64,000 bases of DNA, taken from NCBI GenBank assembly GCA_000708835.1, contig DF237021.1, positions 62,001-126,000 on the forward strand. Direction: 5' to 3'. The position numbers and the translations under genes are program-made. Of this stretch, positions 14,001 to 26,450 are shown in pieces; within the stretch, counting starts at the first letter, position 1; every line of letters begins with the position of its first letter. The notes under the pieces were generated by a model, which was not told the DNA's origin, made no database searches, and worked only from the letters and a program-made list of their open reading frames with translations. This DNA comes from Klebsormidium nitens (taxonomy: Eukaryota > Plantae > Klebsormidiophyceae).

Positions 14001-17000
14001 TTTTGCAGGGCTCGGAGCTGGGCGCGTTCCTGGTTGAGTTGTGGTCCCTCCTTGACACTCCCCCGGAGGAGCAGGAGCCGTTCATGGAGATTGCGCTCTC
14101 GATTGCAATGAAGGAGGAGGACATCAACCGCGAGGGAGCGCTGTCCCTGGCAACGCTGCAAGAGGTGAACTGCAGTCTTGTTCTGCAAATCCTCTTGGTT
14201 GCAGATTTTGATTGCGCCGCTCAAGCCCACGTCCGGAAAAGTCGACCAGAACCTTTTCGGGCTTTGTCTCCGCCAGGTTCACTCTGGGTGATTTTTCAAG
14301 TCGAATGACAACCAGCAAACTCCCAATCTACATTCCTGAACCTTTTCGCCGCTGGACGCCTTGAGTCAATCATAGAACGCAAACTGCAACCCACTTACCT
14401 CAAATATGACCCGATTACGCCTGTCGGACGCACAGCTGGCGCGGCAAGAATGGGGTTAAAACGGGTCGCCTAACGGACTTGTTGGGCTGATCTTGCAAGG
14501 CAAATGAAGCTTGCAAACTCCTAATCGAAATCCGTTAACCTTAACCCATCCTTGACCAGGCGGAGGCGGAGCTAGCGCGGCTGCAGGGGTTGAAGGCCGG
14601 CCGCATGAAGGAGCTGGTCGGCAAGAAGCGGCGCCAGCTGGAGGATGTCTGCGCTACCGCCCACATGCGCGCGCCATCCGATACCACGCCCGAGAAAGCT
14701 GATGCGCTCATCGAGGCGGGTGAGTCGGTTGCGCAAGTGTCTGTGAGCTGCTGGGAGCCGTTTGGTTCTGGTTTACAAACGGACCGCCTGAGTACAAGCT
14801 TTAGTGCGACAGACCGGTCAGGAAAAATGATTGAAAGGAAATTATATAAGCAGGGCTCTTGGAAAGATCCCGTGTCGAACATGCGCGCTCTGCAGGATTT
14901 GGAGGACGTCGTAGTCTGCTTTCTGCAACATTTCATTGAGTCCACCCAATGTACGAGAAGGAAGAGATGGAGCAGAGATGAAGCAACTGGAGCACATGAC
15001 AGCTGTGCTACGTTTGCTCCACTAATCCTGCTCATCATAAAAGAATATGCGTCACTTGGACCGTTCGAGGGAACAGCACGCATCTTATTTGACTAAGAAC
15101 GGAGGATATCTATGAGGGGGCTGCTAAGCCCATACTTTCATCCGCCTGCGCATGGATGATCAAGCCGATTAAAGCTGCTAGTCGGCTCTATTAAGTTCTT
15201 CTTTCAGGTCCTCGTATCCAGCCCACCGCTTCCCTTCGCGATATTCTTCACACCGTCCCACTTTGGAGCCATTTGCCGACCTATTCATACCATCGTTTTT
15301 ACCTCGCAGAGATGATCGACCCGTCGGAGCTGCTGGCGAAGCTGGAGGCGCAGATCAAGGACGCGGAGCGTGACAAGGAGACGCGCGCGCCCGTCATGGC
15401 GCAGGTCGAAAAGTTCCTGCACGCGGTCGAGCAGGAGCGCTGGCTGGACGAGTACAACAAGGTAAACTTCCGCCTCACGACCTGTGTATGTGGTTTGATT
15501 ATGTTTACTTCAAAATAGGTCAACAGGAGCCATCGGACGCAGATGACGAGGTCTAACGCCAAGTTCGTGGTCTATGCTGTATTTGTGACTCGCCTAGTGG
15601 TCGGACAGAAGCACTAAGAGGACAAGTACAATCAGGTGACAAATCATCATTCATGCTATATTTCCAATCCGAAAACGACATATCTTACCGTTCACTTGAG
15701 GGGAAAGGAATTGGACGGATGCGTTGGTCGAGACAATGAGGCGGGTACGCGCAAAGTCCTGAGGTGTTACGGGGTCCTCTGTTGAGCTGCGCACGCGATT
15801 GATCATACTTTTGGATATGTGCAAGTGCTGGTCCCTGTTTACAATTCATATTCCTCGGTAGGCGGCTATCGCCGGTGCAAGCTTCGCTTTACAATCTGCT
15901 CACCTTCCATTGCGCCTTCGCTTCGTTCTTACGTCTCAATTGGGTGATACCCTCGCTCTTCGTACCCCTCTCCCGTCATTCTTTGCAATGAGGGGCTTAC
16001 TTCCGATTCCGTCCACCCCCTTAGGACGAGAACCGCTATGCGGCGACCAAGGGCCAGCACCTGCTGCTCAAGCGCGCGGAGATCGCGCGCGCCGAAGTGC
16101 GCAAGCTGGGCCCGCTTTCGGACGCGCTTCTGCGCGCGGGGGACACGTGGGAGCGCGAGAACGGACGTCCGTTTTACTACGACGCGGAGCGGGTGCGCGA
16201 CATGGTGGAGGAGTACAAGTGGCGCGCGGAAACGGCGGAGCAGGAGCGGAAGAGGCAAAAGGTACGGACTTGGGTTATTGGGGTTTGTGTTGGTTATGTG
16301 ATCTGGGTTTTGGGTTTTGGGATTAAGAATCGAAGAGGCGGTATTCTGCTTGCATAAGGGAGGGTTACGGGAGTTCGGGAGATTGCAGAGCCGGAGACGG
16401 CGGACCAGGAGCGGAAGAGGGAAAAGGTGCCAGCATTGGATTACGGACTTTGGGTTTGGTTCTGGGGTTGAAATAGAGGGGCCAACGAAGAGTTTGCAAG
16501 TGACGCACGGAGAATTGGGAACAGGAGCGGAAGAGGCAGACGGTACGGTATCTGGGTCGGCAAGGGATCCTCAAAACCTGAGTTGGTTTGCAAGAATTTT
16601 TCAAACTTGGGATCCGCTCCCCAAGATCGTTCCAATATACAGTTCGGCCGCTTTTTGAGGTCTGGAGGGAGCAGTCATAGAGGCGATTGAAGAGAGAATG
16701 CACGGTTCGGTTGGCGATCCTCAGACTTTGCATTTGACGTCGTCAAGTTGCAACTTCACCTAGCTAAGCAGATTAAAAAGCTGATTTTTCCGATCGATTT
16801 CTATATGTCAGGAGGAGGAGAAGCGGCAGAAGGCGATGGCCACCGAGATCGAGCTCAAGTACGGGAGCAGCCCCAAGGGGAAGAGCCCCGCGCCCAAGAA
16901 GGCCTCCACGCCCGTTCAGGTCAGCAGGCTGCTCTACCCCTCCTACCTTTCTTCTCTAGCCAGAGATCCTTCCCTTACCTAGCCAGAAATCTAGATCCAA

Positions 17001-19685
17001 TGGTATCATAGGGCATTCATACGACGGTTGTCGACAATGCAGTCCTCAGATGGCGGGGCTTTGTGTGAGCAACGCGAAAGTGGTCCTTTCTAGATTTCAC
17101 GGATGAAAAGGCTCCGCGTTGACCTTCTCTTTGCTCAATTTGCCTGTTAACATCTGGCATGGGGGAATCGAGAGTGTTTCGGAACATTGTCGTATTACCA
17201 GCTTAAGTGTCCCCCCCTTTTTCGACGCCCCCGATCACATTTTCGACCCCTTCCAACAGAGATGAAACAGCCAACGCAAACCACAACAATTGCCGCACTG
17301 TTCGCTGACGAAGAGTTCTTCCTGACGAACAATTCTTCTATTCTCTGCAGAGCCCCGGCGTCAATCGGCGTCTCTCTCTCGGCGCTTCCAACCTCTCCAC
17401 CGATCGGCCTGCCTCGGTTGCTGCCTCCTGTTCAAAGAAAAATAAAATCAGACAACGCGAACAACATTATTCGCCGCACTATTCTGACGGACAATTTTCC
17501 TTTTCTTTGCAGAGCCCCGGCGTAAACCGGCGTCTCTCCCTTGGCGCTTCCAACCTCTCCACCGACCGCCCCGCCCCGGTTGCTGCCTCCCGGTCCAACC
17601 TCAACGGCTTCGCGAGCCCTCCGGCCCACACCCCCCGCGCGACCCACAACGGAATTCCGGCCGGCGGAGCGCGGAAGAAGACCGGAAACGGAGCCCCGGT
17701 TCCGAACCCCCGGCCAGTCGCGGGGACGCCGAGCAAGATCCGGAAGGTGCCAATCGCACCGAAGCCCCGACCCAGTGCGCCGGCCAACTTTGTCGCGCTG
17801 GCTATGGCAGGGCCACCCGCTGCTGCGCCCGGTGAGTGTTCTTCGGTGTGACAAGGTTTCGTGGCTTTCTGATTAGGTACGCGACCATTTGTTTAGCCGA
17901 AGGATCATTCATTTGCGAGCGATTTCAGAATATCTTCTCCTGCTGTATATATTGTGGCAGGAGGTACATGATTCTTATCAGTTTTGTTGGACGATTGCCT
18001 GGCGCTTGACCGTTGGTCAAAGATGATAATGATGGAAATAACGATTTGAAGTGAAGGATCGACGTTGGCGCGAAGAGTTTGCGGTTCATTTCGCCCTTCC
18101 TGGAATGCTAGCCTACAAAATGTATGCCTTACAGACGGTTCAATGCGCATCCAGGTCCGTTCGTGCTTTCGATAACAACAGGCAATAGCTTTCAGCCCCG
18201 CAGAATCTCTTCTCACGAACCACCCCTGGTTTCCCTGCAGAAAGCCCCCCCTCCGCTGTCGCCCCTCCGGCTCCCGCCGTTCCGCCCGTCCTCATGGAGC
18301 GGAACTATTCCGGCCTGGCGCTCAACCAGAGCGGATCGCCGGTCAAGCAGGGCGACAAGGAGAGCCGCCCCAGCTCGCGCTTGGGCGACCGGGACATTCC
18401 CCCGACCACTTCTTCGCCCAGCGGCTTCTCCGACGATGTGGTTATCACTGGAAACAAGGCCAGGTGAGAAGCGCCCGGGCGTGGAGACATACGGTAACGA
18501 CTTTTTGAGAAATGGTTCTTCAAAGTGGCGCCGTAACGATGCACGTACCTACAATAGTTCTGCGTGTTGACGTTTGACAGGACAAGTCTACGTAGGATCG
18601 GGACTTTCTAGGGCTGTATCTTTCGTCTCTTTTGTGCGGCCGTGGGCAACGCACGTGTGCATACGCTGCTTAGCGTACATTCAGATTGTACTGGTAGCTT
18701 TGTCGATTCCACCGAAGTATCCACGTACGAGTCCGTGACATTGCACGAGAGCCACTCTAGGCCAGATTTAACCCTATGACTGCTATGTGAGCTACTGCTA
18801 TTGATGAAGCTCGGAAGTTTCGTTCAACGTTCATTTGTCCTTCCAGCTCCTTACAGTAAAGCTATCTCTTATATCAAAAGCCCTGTGTACTCGTCGATGC
18901 TCACTGTGCCAGCTTCATCTCCCTTGCTCAGGTTTGCCGACCGGTACGCTTCGGACAGCGAATCGGACGCCGCCACGTCGGACTACGACGACGAGAATGA
19001 CGACAGCCTGCCGCCGGACGGGAAGACGTCGCCGGCGCTCCGGACGTCCGCGGAGCGCGCGCCCTTCTCGCAGCTCAACGCGGCCCTGGAACACGCGCGC
19101 ATCAGCGACCCGATGGTTAAGGTGAGGGTACAAAGGGTTTTCGGAAGACTGGAGGTTTGAGGGGGGTGTCCGGCGAAGGTGCGAGGTCTGGGTGCTGAAA
19201 CGATTGGAGTTTGAAGTATTCGAGCGCTTCTGAGGGCTTTTTCGGAAGCGTTGACACCAGCCTTTGACCGCTGAAAGTGAGTCTTAGGATAGCAGGCTTT
19301 GCTGAGACAAATGAGTGGTTTCCAGCCGGATGCTTGGTATCCTGATCGCGAGAAATCAGCTGCTTTGTATTCAGAACTGGCGGTCCAGAATGAAGAGGAA
19401 GGACTTTGACTAACCTCTCTGTAGCTGGTCATCTAATGCTCGTTGTTCCGAAAACAAAAGCCTTAAACCCTGAAACCGAAAACAAAAGTGGGTTCTGCTG
19501 ATTCCCGTCCAATTCGAGAGCACGTTTACTTTGGCATAGAATGCAGTTTATTGCTTCTGAGAGTCCGCCAAATCCTTCTGCAGGCCCCCAGCCCCGTTCC
19601 AAGCGGCTCCCCCCAACTGGGCGACAACTTTGACGAGCGCCGCCTCAGCATGATCCCCGAGAGGCGGGCTAGCATGCGGTATTAG
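11071..19685 (+). CDS. MAP65: Microtubule-associated protein MAP65/Ase1/PRC1 family (multi-exon)
   Basis: Exons encode NSCAALLTELQ|LIWDELGE.D..RDK.LL.IEEECLQ|VYKRKVD, LVELWSLLDTP.EEQ.PF, AEAELARLQ.LKA.RMKELV.KKR..LE..C, ERWLDEYNK|DENRY...KG.HLLLKRAE.AR, and C-terminal NRRLSLG. These are standard MAP65 motifs. Confidence 0.95.
16385..16430 (+). repeat. Intronic degenerate copy of the 3' end of a MAP65 exon (second, shorter echo near 16520-16550)
   Basis: ccggagacggcggaccaggagcggaagagggaaaaggt vs exon gcggaaacggcggagcaggagcggaagaggcaaaaggt (16226-16262). Confidence 0.85.
17322..17437 (+). repeat. Duplicate of MAP65 branch point + acceptor + first ~29 codons of an exon
   Basis: The copy starting at 17351 matches the exon starting at 17513. 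Both are preceded by CTGAC...pyrimidine tract...TGCAG. Confidence 0.92.
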
Positions 19686-20973
19686 ACACTGCTTTCAAAA
19701 CGGCGAAACGTACGGTAGACTGGTGTAACATGATGGACGGGACAATCAGAGGCTTAGCTCAAGAGCGTGTAGCAGGGAGTGTTAGAGAAGTACGGTAGCG
19801 CACTGCCACAAGAATCGAGGTACAACTGTGGGGAATTATTGGGTGTTCATGGGAGTTGTTCGTGTAGGAGTTCGAACCGACTTTTGTTCTGGAGGACCCA
19901 AGTTATAAGTAACGAGGAAATTTTCTTGCCTTGACGTACACTCTTTTCCAAGATTTGTGTACTGATTGACCGTATTACCAGAAATGCAAAAGTTGTCAGC
20001 TCGACTTCATCTGGTTGGAATTCAATTCTCCAATCTGGAAAATTCCGTCAGTAGAACCTCAGTCGATCCAATCTCCGCTGTTCAAGCATGAACACATTCT
20101 AGGGCATGACGAGAATATTTGGACAGGCAGGCATACATGAGGCCTCGATCGGATACGTAGCCGCGGGACCAGTCACAATTCATGTGCATCATTGCTATGG
20201 CGGCGGTGAGTGTGCACCCCGCGTGCCCGTTGCGGACGTCTCAAAGGCGCTTGAAGATAGATCAGGCATGGCATTAACTGCATGCATCAATTTGGCCCAC
20301 AATAAAAGCCTATTATTATTCGGTCTCATGCACTACCTACTAAAGAGCCAGACACCGCGGGAGCGCGCGCCGTACTGACCTTCATACCAACGCCATTGAA
20401 TGATGGCGCTGGCACTGCATGACGGTGCATGATGCTTCATTCCATATGCAGGCTGATATCAGGTCGCCCCCGCGGCCATGTGGGATTCCTGATCGAATCA
20501 TGAGCCTTGGTTGTATATAGTCCGACTCACTGCAACTAAACGTGCGGCATACCGCGGGCATCCGCACAACTTACAGACGGCCAGGGGACGGGCCAGGTTG
20601 CTGCTTTCGCTAAACCAATCACGTATATGCCGTAGTATAGTTGTCGGCCCTTACACATTGACAGCTGGCGTGAACACACGCGGCCTGCAATCCGATCAGT
20701 ATCCTCCAGCTCACTAAATACCCACAAGGTCTGGCATGGACAGTGAACCAGGTTATACAAAATCAATCGCCCCTTCAAGCGGTACGATTTCAGGACCGCG
20801 CCTCGCATTACCAACTACAATCCAGCGCACAATCAGTCCATTCAGAGGGGTTCTTTGGCACTAAACAACCAACTTCGGTCTACGAAAGTGTCTTTAGTCT
20901 CAGCGAGATGCTCACACACCGTTCCCTCTTCACCCAAACTCCTGATCCAAATCAAAACCCCGATACGGGCCCG

Positions 20974-23260
20974 CTACACTACGCCAGATGCCCTCTTCTC
21001 ACCGAGAACCACGCACGAGTCGGGTAAATCTGAATCTGAGTTCTCTCCCGTCTTCCGCCGTTTGGCGACCTTGTTCAGCATTGCGAGTTGCTCATCAGTG
21101 ACGTCCGCCCAGAACTCCTCTTATTCAAAGGACCGCTTCACGACTCGCTTCACGACGCGCCTCACTTGGTTGGAAATCTTGCGGGCGATCGGACCGTGCT
21201 CCTTTGAAAGCCACGTCAGCCAGGACGCCGCGTTTCCCTCGGTCACTTGCACGTGGTCTTTGACGCTCTCACACAGGGAGGTGAAATCGGTCGACTCGGC
21301 CAAGGAGAAGAGACCCTGCAAGGCAGGCGGGGAAAGGCAGTTGATACGAGATTTCTTGTGTGCACCCAGATTTCAAGTACCGAGTTGCTGATGCGGCAAG
21401 CGGAATATACAGGTTGGCCAGGTTAGGCGCAATCTCTAGGGATTGCAGAAAGCAAAGTTTGTTCTTCGATCGCCCAGACCGGTTACATGAGCATCCTGCG
21501 CGAAAACTTGCTGGCATGAAGAAAAAACCTACTCATTTACTGCTCAGCCAACTGCAAAAGTAATCAACGGTTAGGACCACAATATGTAAGCCATATTGGC
21601 GGGGGGTCCATCTTGCATGATACACCGCACATCACCACGCGCCTTGAAGTTGTACGAGAATCCTCTCGTCGGGGATTTGCACTCAAGATTCGGACGAGGA
21701 ACGTTTCGGGCCTTAAGCTTTTGGTTACGTGCTTATCGCGCGTTGAACGCACTAATGCCGCAAAACGAAACACGAGAGACAGTCTCTGCTTCTCTTGCCA
21801 AGCCAGTCAGGCAAGCGAATCAACCACAGGTCCGGTGGGTCAGTCAAGATTCTTCTACAAGCAGCTGTTGCAGTCGGTACGATCACGACTCGACGTCTGC
21901 TGCCAGTAGGCAGCCCTTTCTGCAATCTAGGTCGTAAAAAAAAAAAAAGCCCAAAACCAGATTCGCTCTTCTCCAGGGTCTCTCGGCGTACTTTTGGTAT
22001 CTCTCCAAATCTTTTTAGCGTACTCCATCTCACCACTGGACTCAAAAAGGCGACCAGCCCAGTTTCAGCCTAAAATAGTCGGTAGTAGGCCAGCTATTAA
22101 CTTTTCAAAATCCCGTTTTTCCTGCTAACACACCTGCATAAGCGGCGCTTCGGAAGGCTCAAGTTGGTTCAGACTCGACGCAGCGTCTCCGTAAGCGAAC
22201 TTGAGGAACGCCCCGACCACTTTTTCGTCCACCGGGCACGGCAGGTGGACGTCCAGCCTTTTGTGCATGTTCCAATCAGCGCCAGACCAGTCGTTCTTCA
22301 GCTTCGACTGGAAGTAAGGGATGCCAGCCAGAACGGCAGCGTGCGCCGGCACTTTCGAACCGTCCTGCACGCAAGATGGCGTCAACAGGTTACGCTTAAC
22401 CCGAAATTAGACCTCCTGAAGTTGCATCGCAACAACTTAACCCTTGCGTCTCCTTGTGTTGGTCAAGACACTTCGAGATTGAAAACTTGATGCACTCTGG
22501 ACCATGAATATACTCTGCACTCGTTTCCTGCTTTCACGGTAAGAAGGTCAGTCCGATTACTGTGGTACGAAGTATCGTTAGCTTTAATGGTAAAGAATGA
22601 AAACCACCGCGTTTTGGTGCCCAGTTGTTCACAAGCCCAGAAAGCGACCAAAAGTTCCCCCCAAGCGATTTTATTCGCTTTCCTTACCTTGCAGATGAGA
22701 TTCAGGTCGCCGGTTGCTGGGGCCTCTTCAAGAAGCGAAACTTTGGAGAGAGCTTCCACTTTCTCCTCTGCACACATGAATACCCGCTGCGCCGACGGTC
22801 TGAGGAGGTTTGATGCCACCGTGACCTTGACTTTCATACTCAGCGGATGTCGGGGGCCCCTTGTCACGGTCCAAGAAAGCTGGCCCCCCCGGTTGTATTT
22901 GGTAACAGGAACTTCCGGCGAGCGTGGCGAGGACTGCAGCACACTTAGCACGTCGAACATGACACCCGGTTCGTTTCCGCGGTCCCTTATCCACAGGGTC
23001 TCCTGTGATAATCTGAACAAGATTTCGACCGACAACGTCCGCAAAAGTGGGTTTTCTTCCGGAGGCGTCACAGCGTGCGGGATCAGGAAGCGGTACAGAA
23101 TTTCTTCTCCGGCTTCTGGGCTTTTGTGCATGCTGACGTTGTAGAGATACTCGAGCTCTCCTTGTGCTGCGCCCGTGTCTTTTTTCTTAGAGCTGCCCGA
23201 TGTTTCCCACTCAGGAAGACCGAGCTCGATCCTGTAAGGCCTCACAGTCAGCGCACCCAT
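20974..23260 (-). pseudogene. BTB/POZ-domain paralogue 1 (3 coding exons) with a premature TAA in the last exon; truncated allele or young pseudogene
   Basis: GDLNLICK|DGSKVPAHAAVLAGIPYFQSKL...FLKFAYG is a BTB start. The last exon reads RSFE-TAA(21123-21121)-EEFWADVTDEQLAMLNKVAKRRK; the paralogues read through this position. Confidence 0.75.
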
Positions 23261-23578
23261 TTTCTGAAGGCGAGAGCAACACACACGGAAGCTTAGCGGG
23301 TGACAGAGACCCTCCGCTCCTCACAGAACAGCGCAGAAAAAGAGCAGCCGCCGTGCAGTTTGCGCCGACAGACGCCGCTTGCGCCAAATGGGCGTGCGCG
23401 CACTGAGTGGCCGCGCGAGAGCGAACCCCGGAGAGAAAGAGCGCAGCCTGAGTAAAAGCCAAAGATCAAAGGCGCCCAAGGAGCCGCTGAGCAAGAAAGG
23501 AGAACGACTCAAGGGGAAAGAGTAGCCGTTTCCTACTCAAAAGAGGGTCTGAGCTTCTGCAGTCTCTGGCGAGTGGGG

Positions 23579-23613
23579 GAGGACGGGAAGGTCAGCTCAA
23601 GGAACTCAAGGGG
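23579..23613 (-). promoter_or_regulatory. Conserved non-coding block ~320 bp upstream of the BTB1 ATG
   Basis: gaggacgggaaggtcagctcaaggaactcaagggg, homologous to 29020-29057 and to the reverse complement of 51362-51399. Confidence 0.55.
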
Positions 23614-25046
23614 CTCGGAGATGCTTACTCAAGAACGCGCCGCTTATACGATGGAAATTGCTCGTGCGAAGCGTTTGACGTTCCAAGTCGGCGCATCATG
23701 GAGAATCTCTGCCAAGACGCAGCGAATCGAAAGGCCCCTGATTTGAACGCACGCAGGTGAGTGACATGGGTAATTGCAAGCGTAAGTTCAAATCCAATGC
23801 CCGGAAGGCATTCAGAGTGATTCAGTATATTGGCTTGCCTCTCTTTTACGAAGTAAAATAGCAAGCTATTGCATTCGGGGCAACCGCGTGTCGGGCGACA
23901 CTGTACGACGTGGCTCTGCGGAAAATAAGCATGTCCAGACTGGTGGTATTTCAACATGCGTGGTGTTCGATACGAAAACGTACGCAGACTCCCCCTAATA
24001 GTCCAGACCATGTTTACGTCCAAGCCTAGACTGCCCCGCGCGGCTGCGCAGATTTAATGCTACGAATCGTTCGCGGACGCGAAGTTGCCGCCGCAAAAAA
24101 CCGTAACGATGTAACGTTTGGCCTCGATTTCTCCGAACAGGCCTGCTCTAAAGCTGCCACGTTGCATGGCGAGGTCAAAATAGCTGCCACGTCCTGATTC
24201 GTACCGCTGCCCAACACCTGACACTGTGAAGCACCCCGGGCTCTGAACGTCGAAATCAAGATTCAAAACACCCTTATCTGCGATGGACTCCTTCAGTACT
24301 GCTTGCCTTGGAATTTCAGAAGGTATTAAAGTGCCCGGAAGGTAGAGTAGCGAGTAGCCTGGTACGCACTGTAGAGATACCCACGGTGCGTACCAGAAGA
24401 TGGTGTACGGATTAAGTCTAACGTGTGCGCGCGCTCGCGCAAGACTTCCATGGATAGAGCCACGTACAAGATAAATGCCAAACAATGCCCTTTTAAAATT
24501 TTGCCCAGTCGCACCACAGAGAGGCAAGCCCCCCCCGCCCTTCTGGGCGGTCTAGTATATACATCTGCCGAACCGCAGTGAGCCTGAGCTCAATACGGCA
24601 ATTGTTAGAACTGAGCCTGCGCAACATGAAACCATGCCATTCCTGATTCCGAATTGCGACGATCGTTCGGACGCGCAGGTTTCTCATGCACAGGCTGTAC
24701 TTAGAACACCTGTCAGTCTTGGCAGCGGGCGGCGATCTTTGGACTGAATTCAATGATTGATGCGCAGATTTCTGTGGATCAGTGCAGGTCTGTATATGGT
24801 CTGGAAATTGTGCAGGAAACGTTCCGACTCGATCAGCAAGCACCTCAAGTGTGGCTGGCAGTACTCCAACGATTGTGGCAGCTTCCGTCACCGATGGTAT
24901 CATCGATTTTGCGCGGCCGGCTGAACTTGTGCAGGTCTATATACGGAAGAGTGACGGGAGTCAAGAAGTTGCTGAGCATTTGCCTTATGCGGCAGCCATG
25001 GAGTCTGGCATGCATGTGCGCGCACTGTACGTGTGCATGATGATTG

Positions 25047-25390
25047 AACTTTGACGAGCGCCGCCTCAGCATGATTTCGAGAGGCGGGCTAGCATGCGGT
25101 ACTAGCCACGGCTTTCGAAACGGCGAAACGCACGGTAGACTGGTGTAACATGATGGACGGGCCGGGACAATCAGACGCTTCGCCAAAAGCGTGTAAAAAG
25201 AAATGTTATGGGAGTAGCTAGCTGGGTCGGAGGGACAAGGGTGATCTGTTGGGTGTTCATGGGAGTTGCTTGTGTAGATGAAACCAAACCGACTGCGGAT
25301 ACGAGGGGTGGGCTTGTCTACGAGCTCACGAAGACGAATCTTCAATGTTACCTTTTCAGTAAAGATGTCTATCTATGGACCCAAGTGTAG
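25047..25390 (+). repeat. Duplicated copy of the MAP65 last-exon end and 3' flank
   Basis: aactttgacgagcgccgcctcagcatgat...gaggcgggctagcatgcggta...gtagactggtgtaacatgatggacggg...ttgggtgttcatgggagttg matches 19626-19900. Confidence 0.93.
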
Positions 25391-25538
25391 AAGATCCACT
25401 TCGGAATCGCTTGATCGGCAGCTCCCTCTGACTCAGATGTCAGATCATCTGCTTGTTATGTTGTCGCCATCAGATGCATACTTCGTGCATTCCATTCCAC
25501 TCGAATCATGCGCTATCGCTCGATCCGCGTGCAGTGTA

Positions 25539-25834
25539 CCCGTAGTCCAAGGTGATGATTCCGAATAAATAATTATTTTTTTGCATTCGGAAAGTCAGAA
25601 AATCAGATTCTCGATTCGGAAAGTGGAAATCCGGAAAGGTAAAATAAACCTTAAATGGCTCTCGGACTCGAAGCCGTAAAACTGCCAGAATCAGGCTAAA
25701 GTCCCCTTCTAAGTGAGAACATAGGGCATTCGGATTCTTGTCGGAATCAGCATAAATAGTTCCGCTTTCCTGGTCGGAATGTCGGAAAATAATCCGAAAT
25801 AAAACCGTTCGGAATCATCACGTTGGACTACGGG
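25539..25834. mobile_element. 296-bp MITE with 27-bp terminal inverted repeats and TA flanks (Tc1/mariner-like)
   Basis: TA|CCCGTAGTCCAAGGTGATGATTCCGAA ... TTCGGAATCATCACGTTGGACTACGGG|TA, one mismatch between arms. AT-rich non-coding interior with repeated TCGGAA/TTCCGA motifs. Confidence 0.88.
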
Positions 25835-26450
25835 TATAGGCGCACCGGCGTCACTGCCACGGATATTGCGTAGGCCCGGCCGTGCCACCGGCCAAGCATG
25901 CTGACGGAAGCGCCCATGGCCCGTCCCAGTATATGTGGTTCTCGGCCTGGCCGGTTGTGCGGTTCGCTCTCGCTGAGCTCAACATATTTCACGCCCGGTC
26001 AGTTTGCATGGCGGTCGGATTACTGATCGGCTTGCTTCCGTTGATCACGCGGTCGGATGCTTCATGCATGTGCATTAGTATGCGCTCGATCGTGCAGTAG
26101 TTCCTATGTCGCGCTAGCTGAGAACCTGATGAATCAGACAACCCGCGCAGTCGTGGTATCTATAGAAAAGTCCGAAACGGGCACCGATCAATTTGATGAC
26201 TGGACTGCCAACATCATCGATTGCGATGTCGAGGCTAATTGCCTCAGTGAAGCATGCGCAGTACGTCTCCATTCACAGCGGGTCCAATCGTACTCAACAA
26301 ACAAAGATCCGTCTCCAAAAAGCTTTAGTAGCCTGAAACACTCACAGACCGTTTCATCCAAACCAGAACCCTGGTTAAAAAGTAAACCCTTTTGCGATAC
26401 CGTTTACACCTTAAGTTCATCCCTTAAGCTTGTCTGCTAACCATGTACAG

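Noticed and set aside
20855-21391. 178-aa plus-strand ORF (and similar antisense ORFs at 22587-23144, 26443-26673, 54010-54333)
   Set aside because: These are antisense shadows of BTB exons. Their mutual similarity only reflects the paralogy on the other strand.
23625-25040. Several 100-155-aa ORFs between BTB1 and the duplicated MAP65 end, considered as a viral or transposon insert
   Set aside because: No recognisable domain, no consistent exon chain, and no terminal repeats found by eye. A translated search would be needed to exclude a decayed gene.
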